Shown one piece after another: positions 41,348 to 52,400 of a DNA stretch of 64,000 nt. The position numbers and the translations under genes are program-made. This stretch comes from Trichoplax sp. H2 (lineage: Eukaryota). The DNA lies in contig NOWV01000013.1 of the NCBI GenBank assembly GCA_003344405.1, positions 372,001 to 436,000 of the forward strand. Reading direction: 5' to 3'. Each line of letters starts with the position of its first letter. Position 1 is the first letter of the stretch. The notes under the pieces are model-generated. The model ran no database searches. It saw only the letters and a list, made by a program, of their open reading frames with translations, and had not been told where the DNA came from.

Positions 41348-44300
41348 TTACTTATCGGTAGCAATGGAAGGGATAGTTTTTGCTTTATTGTCTTCACCTT
41401 TCCAAAGTCCATAAGCCTTACCAGGAACAGTTTGCCATAAACGCACTGTTCCGTCCTCCGATCCAGACGAGTATAGTTCGGAATCGGGAGAAAAATTAAC
41501 ACAGTGAACTGGACCAAAGTGTCCTTTATAAGATTCTATATAAATAATTATAATAATCACTTTAAAACAAGTCATTTGCAATATCATTAAAGCATAAAGA
41601 TAACTTTGACATACCTAATTCTATTCCAGTTTCATAATCAATTTTATACAATTTAAAATCTTCACCTCCAGCAACAATGCAAGATTTATCTTTATGTAAA
41701 GATGCCGAATTGAGCGAAACAGGCCATTTAATATCTTTAACCAATTTTAAACTAAAGAAAAAAATACCGTGATATGTGTAATTACCCGTTATAGTGGTGT
41801 ATGCTAAACTCGATAGATTATTATTTTAGATGATATAAAAATTTATTGGATTAATATCTTGAACTCTATGCAAAAGATGAGATGCAATAAGCACGTTGGC
41901 CAGTTTAGATCCGTTAAAGTAAGCTACACAGTTACTGTACTTAGGGTAAAAGCCATAAAATGATAATTACCTCGTGGCATTATATATCGCTATCGTATTT
42001 CCATAGGTTGCTAACAGCAAATCATAGCTATGAGACAGCTCTAAACTAGTAATAGGAGAGTCTACCAAGACCTGTTTAAATTCTGCTCTATTTCTTGTAT
42101 CCCAGATTCTAATCCGAAATGATAACGATATAATCAATTAATTTTATGCGATAAAGTAATCAATCCCTCTGGAATATTGCATATTCACTGGCTTAAAATA
42201 GCACTTAATAACACCGAATAATTAAATATTTAAATATATCATCTGTGACAAAAGCCTAACTTTTTCGTTAGAAAGTTCGTCATAATTGTAATTAAGAAAT
42301 ATTAAACATCGTGAATAGTCATCATTTTTATTGGTGATCATATCTACCTTATTGTCTTATCCTCACTACCACTGATTATCATGTATTCATTAAGCCATAA
42401 AGAAGATTTGATGCTAGCGGTGTGTCCCTCTAAGGAGAAATAGTCTATTGACAGAAAATTATTGTGCAGTATTTAATAATAAGCGAGCGCAATGGTATAA
42501 TGAATGGCTAACTCTCCAATAGCGAAATAGAATTTTTTCTATACAGTTAAACCCTACCACTTTTACTTTATGAAATCATGATCTGTATAAAATGAATGAC
42601 TTTGATCAAGTATTTGATAACACTTGTGGACTGATCGAAAGAAGGATTCACGTGATACGACTTGATACTGTAGGAAAATAATAAATACTATTTGCAAATG
42701 AACTATAACAAGAAATACCTACCGTCATCATTAACCTTTAAATCAAATACTTTGAGCAATTTTTCATTGCTGGCAGTTAATAATTTCTTGCAATCCTAAG
42801 AGAGGGATACAATTATCTTATAGTAAGTATTCATTCATTTCACTGCATGTAAAAGTCATCATAAATAATAACACAGACAGTCTGTCAGTTGAGGCTTTTT
42901 TTTATCGCTACTTACGTATGAAAAATCGACACTTTTAACGATATGCTTATGTTCCAAAGTTTGAAGTAAATCACCAGTAACAGTGTCCCACACCTTCCTA
43001 ATTAACACACACATTTAACCGTGTAAGCATTTTTAATACTAAATTTTTTTGATTCTATGTCTAATTACAACTAGATTAATCTTGTAGTCGGTGCGGCATG
43101 CATTATTGCCGCTGCATTATTATAATAGTACTATATCCTTCTAGGTCTTTTATGTATAAACTACTGAATAAACTAGGATTGAATCCTAGCAAATGGGCAT
43201 ACTCTATGCATACGCGTATAATGAAAATAAAATTTAAGGTATGGTAATTTTGTATTTACGCGTATACAAGACTATATGTCATTGGGTTATAAATAAATTG
43301 CTAGGTATAATAAGGAAGCAGTTAAGTCAACCGTAATGAAGTATTGGCTGATATACTATATACAGCTCAGTGTATTAATCGCATCCTATCTATAATTGTC
43401 AATGTATTCTACTATTTGATAATACAATTTATCTACTGTACTTACGCTGTATAATCTGCAGAAGCCGAAGCAGCTCGAAAGCTATCTTTACTTAAGGTAA
43501 CACCCCAGACAGCTCCTTTATGTCCGTGAAATGTCCCAATCCAATCGCCTGTTTCGCCTTTTCTTAGCATTGGGTGGCCAGCTAATGAATGAAAGCATCA
43601 TCATCCTTTGTTAATGAATTGGTTGGTATCAGCAGCAAGTGCACCTACAGCATCAATCAATAACTACTCGCATACAACAAATTCATATACCGAAAGATGA
43701 AGCAGAAAAAATGATCATTCATTTTCAGAGTCATTACTGAGTCTATAAAACTCTAGACAAAAATATCCATATCAAGTATCATGCATACTCCTGCTCCTTC
43801 ACTATCAGCATAATATGCAAGCATTGCAGGCTGTAAATTTGCGTCAATCTACGGGCATGATCACCAATATTGGAAAAAGGAGTTTGATTGATGATCATTT
43901 TATTCTGTTCATTGTAATTCATCGAATGAAAGATGGCATGAAAAATTGCTATATAAGGTCCTGTATATTGTAACAAAAACTACTTGAATAGTCCCCTGAG
44001 ACTGTACTAAGTGTTACTCTAAATCAATCGTGTCATATCTTTCTTGCATGCTATTGCAAAATGGAAATATCTTTCAACAAATTTCAATCACGCGAATAAC
44101 TTGACTGATGATTGAAAAGAGTTCAATGATCGTAGCTGTACTGTACAGTATGTCAAATTGTCTATCCGGGTACAGTACAGTACTGCCTACTGTAACATCT
44201 ATACAGTTGTATATACTGTTCTACTGTACAATAGCACAGTATACTACTGACCTTTACATCCACTGATCATGAAATAACCTTCAGATGTTAAGCCACTGTG

Positions 44301-44366
44301 AGCCAAGCAAATTACAGGTCTAGTGTGTCCACTACAAGTTAGAGAAACTTGTTTAGAATAAGTCAT
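41348..44366 (-). CDS. STRAP: Serine/threonine kinase receptor-associated protein (Unrip), WD40, about 9 exons
   Basis: [10 protein letters not shown]...[35 protein letters not shown]...[62 protein letters not shown]. Confidence 0.95.
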
Positions 44367-44443
44367 CCTTGAATTTTGACGCTTTTTACTTAATAACTAA
44401 TATAATTCAATGTAGAATGGCCGACAAGAAGTCCAAAGAGGAA

Positions 44444-45173
44444 GGCAAAGACAGCGCTGGTGCATCCAATTCAACACCAGGTAGAATAGAGTCTGCGCAA
44501 TAGACTCCTTGGTGTCGGTTGTTTTGCATTGGTCACTCCAAGAGACCCTTTAGTTCGGTACCGTACCGGCAACGACAGCGCTGGTACATCCAATTCAACA
44601 CCAGGTAGAATAGAGTCTGCGCAATAGACTCCTTGGTGTCGGTTGTTTTGCATTGGTCACTCCAAGACCCTTTAGTTCGGTACCGTACCGGCAACGACAG
44701 CGCTGGTGCATCCAATTCAACACCAGGTAGAATAGAGTCTGCGCAATAGACTGCTTGGTGTCGGTTGTTTTGCATTGGTCACTCCAAGACCCTTTAGTTC
44801 GGTACCGTACCGGCAAAGACAGCGCTGGTACATCCAATTCAACACCAGGTAGAATAGAGTCTGCGCAATAGACTGTTTGGTGTCGGTTGTTTTGCATTGC
44901 TCACTCCAAGACCCTTTAGTTCGGTACCGTACCGGCAACGACAGCGCTGGTACATCCAATTCAACACCAGGTAGAATAGAGTCTGCGCAATAGACTGCTT
45001 GGTGTCGGTTGTTTTGCATTGGTCACTCCAAGACCCTTTAGTTCGGTACCGTACCGGCAACGACAGCGCTGGTACATCCAATTCAACACCAGGTAGAATA
45101 GAGTCTGCGCAATAGACTGCTTGGTGTCGGTTGTTTTGCATTGGTCACTCCGAGACCCTTTAGTTCGGTACCG
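44444..45173. repeat. Tandem array of six ~122-bp units (minisatellite) immediately upstream of STRAP
   Basis: The motif gacagcgctgg starts at 44450, 44574, 44696, 44818, 44940 and 45062 (periods 124, 122, 122, 122, 122). Copies differ by only a few bases. Confidence 0.97.
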
Positions 45174-45667
45174 GGTCTGGCCTATTGCTCATCTTGCAGT
45201 AACCAAGCGATAGTACAGCGTTCCGTACAGTAGAGTACAGCATAGTGATTTGGTAGTCAAGCTTGGATACGCTAAGTGTCAGGCTTGACAACCTGCACTA
45301 TCCAAGGGTGTCAAACTGGTCTAGAACTCGATATGAATGATACTGTATGGATTTTCTATTGCCTACTAGGTATGGTATGGCACAGTGGTGCGACACGTCA
45401 GGCAGTCAAGTTGTTACACCACCATATTGTGCAAAACCAACCTATACTGTACAGTGCACAGTAATAACAGTATACAGTATACAGTAGTGTATGTGTGTAT
45501 GACAAGAAGTAGAGGTGGTGATGCGGTAAGGTGGCAAATGTACTGCCTGAGTGCCTTCCAAGCCTTACTGGTCATGGCATAGGGGGTGCCACTCCGGTTG
45601 ATACCTGGCTCTAAAGGAATTTTATAATAGTTTATATAACTAAAGTTCCCCGCTAACATCATGTGAT

Positions 45668-45749
45668 GTAGTCGTGGCCGAGCGGTTAAGGCGATAGACT
45701 AGAAATCTATTGGGGTCTCCCCGCGCAGGTTCGAATCCTGCCGACTACG
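45668..45749 (+). tRNA. tRNA-Ser (anticodon AGA), intact, long variable arm
   Basis: GTAGTCG...CGACTAC acceptor stem, A-box TGGCCGAGCGG, anticodon loop CT-AGA-AA, variable arm GGGG-TCT-CCCC, B-box GGTTCGAATCC, followed by a T7 Pol III terminator. Confidence 0.97.
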
Positions 45750-45850
45750 TGTTTTTTTATTATTCTAACCGGTGTCGAAGTATAGTATAGTACCCATACC
45801 AGTCTAAAAGTCCTAGTCTCAACGCAGTAATAAGATTTTTTTTTTTTTTG

Positions 45851-45903
45851 GACTAGAAATCTATTGGGGTCTCCCCACGCGGGTTCGAATCCTGCCGACT
45901 ACG
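45851..45903 (+). pseudogene. 3'-half copy of tRNA-Ser(AGA) (no A-box or 5' acceptor strand)
   Basis: gactagaaatctattggggtctccccacgcgggttcgaatcctgccgactacg, with 2 substitutions; part of a 154-157-bp tandem unit. Confidence 0.9.
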
Positions 45904-46007
45904 TGCTTTTTTTTATTCTAACCAGTACTGTCTAAGCACAGTATAGTACCCATACCAGTCTGAAAGTCCTAGTCTCAACGCAGTAATAAGATTTCTTTTT
46001 CTTTTTT

Positions 46008-46061
46008 GACTAGAAATCTATTGGGGTCTCCCCGCGCAGGTTCGAATCCTGCGCGGGGAGA
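46008..46061 (+). pseudogene. Second 3'-half copy of tRNA-Ser with a rearranged palindromic end
   Basis: The acceptor strand is replaced by gcggggaga, giving a perfect 14-bp hairpin at 46027-46061. Confidence 0.88.
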
Positions 46062-46311
46062 TGCTTTTTTTTATTCTAACCAGTACTATCTAGGTATAGT
46101 ATAGTACCCATACCAGTCTGAAAATCCTAGTCTCAACGCAGTAATAAGATTTCTTTTTCTTTTTTAATTTTTGATAGCCCGGCTCGGTACGGTACGGTAC
46201 GGTACAATACTGCACTTCACAGTCGAATACTCCTTGGATAGACGCTTCTATTGTCCGTTCCATTATCCAGAGTACTGTGCGATACAAGAGTTGGAACCAG
46301 TCTTTCTGCTG

Positions 46312-46340
46312 TATTGGCGGCCATCTTGGTGTTACACGTG
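46312..46340. promoter_or_regulatory. Candidate SNRPE promoter motifs: inverted CCAAT, YY1-like site and E-box
   Basis: attgg, ggcggccatcttgg (reverse complement CCAAGATGGCCGCC) and cacgtg are clustered about 85-110 bp upstream of the ATG. Confidence 0.45.
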
Positions 46341-46423
46341 CTGCTAAGTAAGTGCAACCTTGGTAATCAAGTGAGAAAGAAGCGCCATTTATTCCTGACT
46401 GCAATATCCAATAAGAAATAAAC

Positions 46424-47988
46424 ATGGCTTATCATGGAAGGGTTAAGAAAGTAATGATCCAACCGATCGTATCCTTTTACACTGTTTCTCGTTGATAGCA
46501 ATGCTGCATTGGATACTTTGTAGTCAACGTTACCTTTTGATCTGTTGGAGAAGAAACGCTGCGCTCGCGCAATCTCCTGTACAAAGGCATCAATCAGTTT
46601 GAACATGTTAACTAGCCAAGCTAAGGTTTTAATAAATTTCTTCTTTCGATAGTGAGTGGATAATATGTATTGAATCGTGCATGGTAGCATGACGTAGAAT
46701 ACACACTGTACAATCGATAAAATGATGGAACGTACAATGGTACAAGCTAAGCTGATTTTGACTACTGTACTGCGTGATAGTTTACCACAGGCTGTTGTAA
46801 TAGCAACGTACTCCAATAGCCACCATGATCGATGTTAAGAGAGTATTGTCCATCCCCACTGTCTCATTTCTCTTTAGTCCAATCGTCGCTTAAAAGACCA
46901 GTTTCAAGTACTTGTACTATGCAAGCTTTTGGTTATCATCCTTCTTTCAGTAAGCAACGCTTCAATGACCTTACTTTTTGCTTGCTTGCTTGCTTTGGAC
47001 AAGAATTGCAGCTCACACGATGCTATATAGATACAGTAATTGTCTTAGGAGAACCATTCTTCATTCCCTAAATTGACTTGAAGATAAACTAGGATAAATG
47101 ATCAACTGGTAGTAAGAGATACGGTACAAAATAGAATTGTTCGATCCACGAGGCAAGTATCCTTTAATGAATACATAGAGAGGAGAGCATCATCGACTGT
47201 ATTTTATTGACGTACTGCATAAATCAATCTTGCATACCTACCTGTACATCGATCAAGCGTTCATTTGAATTACCATTGCCACATAAACAGTTACACTACA
47301 GTCTTCCAAGAATTGCCTAAAATGGCACTCTACTAATTATAGCAACTTTATAAATACACGTGTAATTTTTTCAAAATTAAATGTCATGATCATATCATTC
47401 CTTAACTCCATTCTAACTTGATTAAAAAAGAATGTGATCTTTCGGTTCCTCCAAAATGTAAGTGGAAAATATGTAATTGAGCTACAATATGAACTTGCAA
47501 TAGAAAAGAATGGTTAACGGAATGCTTGCTAATTTAAAAAATCATGTTGCCTATCTCTATATGAGATACAAACAGAAACGGTTAAGTGCATATTTGCTGT
47601 GGAGAGTCCAAACTTATTAACGGCAAATTCAATTATCTTGTGATTTATCTCAGAAAACTAGGGTTCAAATTTGGCTTTATGAACAAACTAATACGAGAAT
47701 AGAAGGATACATATTGGTTAGTTGAAACAATTAGCCTATTTTACCTCACTTTTGACCAAGAATACTAGTTTAAAAAATATTTTATTGTTAGGGATTTGAT
47801 GAGTACATGAATTTAGTATTGGACGATGCCGCTGAAGTTAGCATAAAAAATAATCAAAGAAGACCTATAGGTAAATACTAAGAGATGACTTATCAGCTTT
47901 TCTTTACTTTAATAATTTTCTTATATTGCTTTCAGGTCGTATTCTATTAAAAGGAGATAATATTTCTCTCATTACTGGCGCCCAATAA
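46424..47988 (+). CDS. SNRPE: Small nuclear ribonucleoprotein E (SmE), 5 exons
   Basis: Exons 46424-46468, 47431-47457, 47654-47716, 47792-47870 and 47936-47988 give [61 protein letters not shown]...G-RILLKGDNISLITGAQ*. Confidence 0.96.
46469..47430 (+). other. U12-type (minor spliceosome) GT-AG intron 1 of SNRPE
   Basis: 5' splice site GTATCCTTT, branch site TTCCTTAAC at 47398-47406, and no polypyrimidine tract before the AG at 47429-47430. Confidence 0.93.
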
Positions 47989-49484
47989 TATTCATGATTG
48001 TATACAACCAATTCCATGTTGTTTATAGACCATTATATAACTTAAACTACGTCAATTAAATACAATGTTAATAGCTTGATAAATTAGCCTCCTGCACACC
48101 CTGCGGCTTGAATGTAGGGCTACATGTATTTGTAGATTATAAAAATGTCCAAATGCAATAATCAAGTCCTGCCGGCACTTTAAGAAAGGATAGGGATCGT
48201 ATATGGCATTAACTGTTGAGTATCGTCGTCCCTAATCTATTTCGTTGAGTAATAAATTGTTATTATAACCCCGACCCATCCTTTTAATTGTTTAGTGTGG
48301 CAATTTTACTTGTACTGCATTTGCAATCAAATTGGTGTACGTTAATATTAACTAGATAGCACTGTCTTCCCATTTTTTCTCTTTTATATTGTATTAGCTG
48401 ACTGCTTTTTTGTAATTAGTTGTCAACTCTATTCATAAGAATAAAATATCAAAGATTGACAATGATGAAAAAGTTGATATAAAATGCTAATCGTACGAAT
48501 TTTTAACTTAAGGATAAGTACTGTACGTTATCATACAGTATGCACTTAAAATTACATACTGTATGTATTCACGATATTGAAACCGTCATATAATAACAAC
48601 TCATCGTTGTTTTAATGATATTATATAGCGAAAACGGTTGCCTGCTGATTAAGATTTTACAATGAAATTAACAAATTGATTGAATTCATCGCAATCACAA
48701 GACTACAAAATCGACAGTGCAATACTGCATACCCGTGTTTAGTGTAATCTACAGTATAGCTATGATGACACTTTTACACTAGGATTTCTACTAACACAAT
48801 GTAATGATGAAATACTTTAAGACTAAAATGGCGGAGAACTTAAATATAAATACCAGTTCATGCTTAAATACAGTAAATGACAGATACAAATACCCAGTAA
48901 GATGACAGCTAGCCACAGTGAGATTTCTCCTATATATGTATGAAATCCTTAAAATTAAATGACTTTCGATAGCACTGTTTACTATACGTTTACATTCACA
49001 TTTTAAGAAAAATTACTGAGTTCTCAAAATTGAAATCATTTTATTTTGACATAAATCGAATTATAAAAATGCGATTTACAGCTACAGTGCGTACTTTAAA
49101 AGTAATACAACCATCCAGTTGAGAGTACATTCTGATCATAACTAGTTATCGGGTACATGCAATTAATTAAATTATTATATTAAAAGATGCTAATGTTTGC
49201 GGACCAATTTTCATCATATCAACCACTGATTGTAGATTTCAAAATTTTTAACATAACTAAACAACGCAACAGTTACAGTACTGAGTAAATTTATCCATAA
49301 TAAAATAAAGAGCGACTCTAACCAGATTATGATTAAACGCTGTAAGAAAGCTTCAAATTCGCGATTTAACTACTTGCATGATACTATACAAAAATCAAAT
49401 AGTTGCGATATTCTATCAAAATATCGATAGCAAAAGCTTTGAGCGCCCTAGAAAAAGTAATGCAGTGGAATTTCTCTCGTTGCC

Positions 49485-52400
49485 TTATGATTGAATAAAT
49501 CTTCTAAAAAGGGTAGCACCCCGTCTAATCTGACCCTGCATAAGAAAAATTCTCAGCATTATTTTACTATTTATTATAAGGAGTTTACACGGAATATTTG
49601 TGAAGTTTACCTCGCTACGTAAAGATGCCATGCAGTCTTGCCAACTTGAATAGAATACCATATTAGGAGGAGCACCAGCTGCAAGGCTACAACGCAGGCA
49701 TGAAAATTCTCATATCATGACACGTAATAAAATGCAATTAGTTACTATAGAGCGCAGGGTCTTACCCACAGTTATTCACAGCCATAACGTTAGATACCAA
49801 ATTAAGTGGATAAGTTATGTAACCGGCAATATACTAATAAAGGTACAAAGCGATAGCTCAGTAATGAAAGTAAAAATAAGTTATATAGCGTAGTTTAAGT
49901 CTATCACTTACGTTAGAAACTGCTTGCAAATACAATTGATTTTCCTTCTTGCCTCCAATCTAATGATTAGAATAAATAGCATTAAAGCATACGATCCATT
50001 AATTTCTATCATAAGTATAAGCAAGTTCATTAATTATCATAATAAGGTGAATTTAGCGCTATCTTACGCTTGTAACAATATATTTCTGGGTCACGTATAG
50101 CACTATATTGTATAACCAAACTGACATAAATTCGGCTACAAGTCTTGGAACAAAACCCCTATAATGGTTGAATTAAAATTTTTAAGTACAATTATTTTTG
50201 CACGATAATTTTATGAAACTTATTCAATCTATATTGAAAATCGGGTGTTGAAGTATTAAATTTAGGTTCAACTTCAAGACTTACGAGAAAAAACCTTTAA
50301 AGCCTTCTTCCCTGTAAATTTCCGAAATTGAGGATATTACACCCCTATATTATGAAAGAACATAGAGCAACAACAGTCAAGTTTTTCTAACTAACCCTGC
50401 ATAACTCAGACGTCTGTGTCTTACCGGTATACGTTTTCTTGACCAACAAATTGTGCCATCATTCTAACACTTATAACTGTAATAAACAATATGTTAGCAT
50501 ATAAATAACTCGACAGTCTGCAAAAAATTTTCTTTAAAGTTTATATAAAAATATTCAGAATGTAAATTTCTTGTACTATTCAAAAAAAATACAACTAACC
50601 ATGGAGTGGATAAGATACAGTAACGGCAGCCATGCTTGCTAAGCATTGTTCTGAGGTCTGCAGTATTCAAAATTGTAATTAAAATGATATTGCATATAAT
50701 TTCTTACATCGGTGCATTCTTTGAATCACTATTACTGAATAAGTGTACCTTACATAGGTAGATATATTAATAATCGAATAAATCTACTAGTTAATTAATT
50801 AATTATTGATACATAGTAACAAATTATTTAACCTTGATAGCAAAAACTTTAATTTCTTCGGCGGCGGTCTGTGGAACCTGTAACAAAATCAAATAAATAT
50901 ACTACAAACGTACCATAATGACAGCTAAAAGGACAATAGTATAATTAATCTGAAGATACAATTCATCCTGTTGATGCGCATGGTTAAATAAACATAATAT
51001 TACGAACATTTTCTTCCTCTTCATCTTGAGATTTCTCTCCTCTAATAACCTAAAAATAATAAATATTCACATTTTACTATCACAGTAAACGAAAATATAT
51101 TTGGAACTGAAAACAGTATAGAGCTTCTAATCTTTCAAAATGTACAGTGCCTAACGACTGGACTGACTAAAGAATATTACTATTAACATACGGGTATACG
51201 CGTATATAGATATTGATAGATATAGGACTGAACCTAGAGACTTGAATGCTAAAAACAGTGACTAATCTAGATTGCAAATTATGAGCGGAATTTATAAATT
51301 ACCAATAAGTATTTTACCTTCAGAACTGAAGCATTGACGTTCGAGCTTATAATAGATTGAATTATCCTAAAATTTAATTCGGATAATAAATGATTCGGTT
51401 ACTCTCTATTTACACTATTTACATAATGTGTACAGCAATAAATTGCCAATGAAGAACATAAGATATGTAAATTACCTACTATTCACAAAAGATACATTAA
51501 GGTTAAAAATGAAATAGAAATTGTTTACATATCTTATTTTCATAATTTCATACATTAATACTATATTAAAGTGTCCAAAATAAGAATAATACTTTACTTT
51601 ACTAGCGCGAACTGATATCATTTCATATTACCTTGGCGCAAGTCCTTTATACATGCCAAAAAATCCATCTGTTTTTCTGATGTAAGCCGCTAATATCATA
51701 TAGAACAATTAAAATATAGTTAAAATTTGTTACGTGTGTACATATAAACAGACAAGTTAATAAATAAAGTAACTAATAAATGAGAGATGATTAATCGTTA
51801 TAAGATACCGATAGATATTACTAGTAATAAAACCCAGTAGTGCAATATACTTAGTGAATGATTAATTAATTATAACAATAACGGAATGACGCCGTCTATC
51901 AACAGTCTATAATCAACTATTCGTATTGATGAAATAATTGCAACTTAGTCAATTGGTAATAATGGGAATTTAATCTATACGACGTTTACCAGTTTAGCTG
52001 TAATTCATTAGTGTATTTGTACTATATAATGAATGTACGGATGTTAAACTAATACGATTCATTTTTGAGACAGAATTGCTTTTACCGTAGGTAAAAAAAC
52101 CAGGCAGTTTTTGAGCGTTACGTCCAAACAGTGTAACACCATCAACCGGCGCAATAGGCTCATGACCAAGCTACAGGTTAGAAGATAAAAATAGTTTAAA
52201 AACGCTTATCTCATTCATGCTAAGCCAGGATAACATGTTAACATGGCATTTAATTTGTGCACCGAAGTTACTTTGCTATTTTTGTAAAATTTAAATGAAT
52301 GCGTATAGTATATAGTATACTGCAATAAGGTAAGGTAGCTACTAAATAATACGCTTGTATTTTGCATTTTCTTTAAAGCTCCTTAAACTACAGTACCGTA

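Noticed and set aside
44450-44571. 5S rRNA array (unit of about 120 nt)
   Set aside because: No resemblance to the 5S sequence or its internal A/C boxes, and no oligo-T terminator/spacer organisation.
44444-45173. CRISPR-like array or repeat-encoded proteins (ORFs 44471-45141)
   Set aside because: Units are near-identical along their whole length with no unique spacers and no cas genes. The 122-bp period is not a multiple of 3, so the ORFs are by-products of the repeat.
46090-46816. Minus-strand ORFs of 111 and 149 aa
   Set aside because: They are antisense to the SNRPE promoter, exon 1 and intron, use non-ATG starts and show no recognisable homology.
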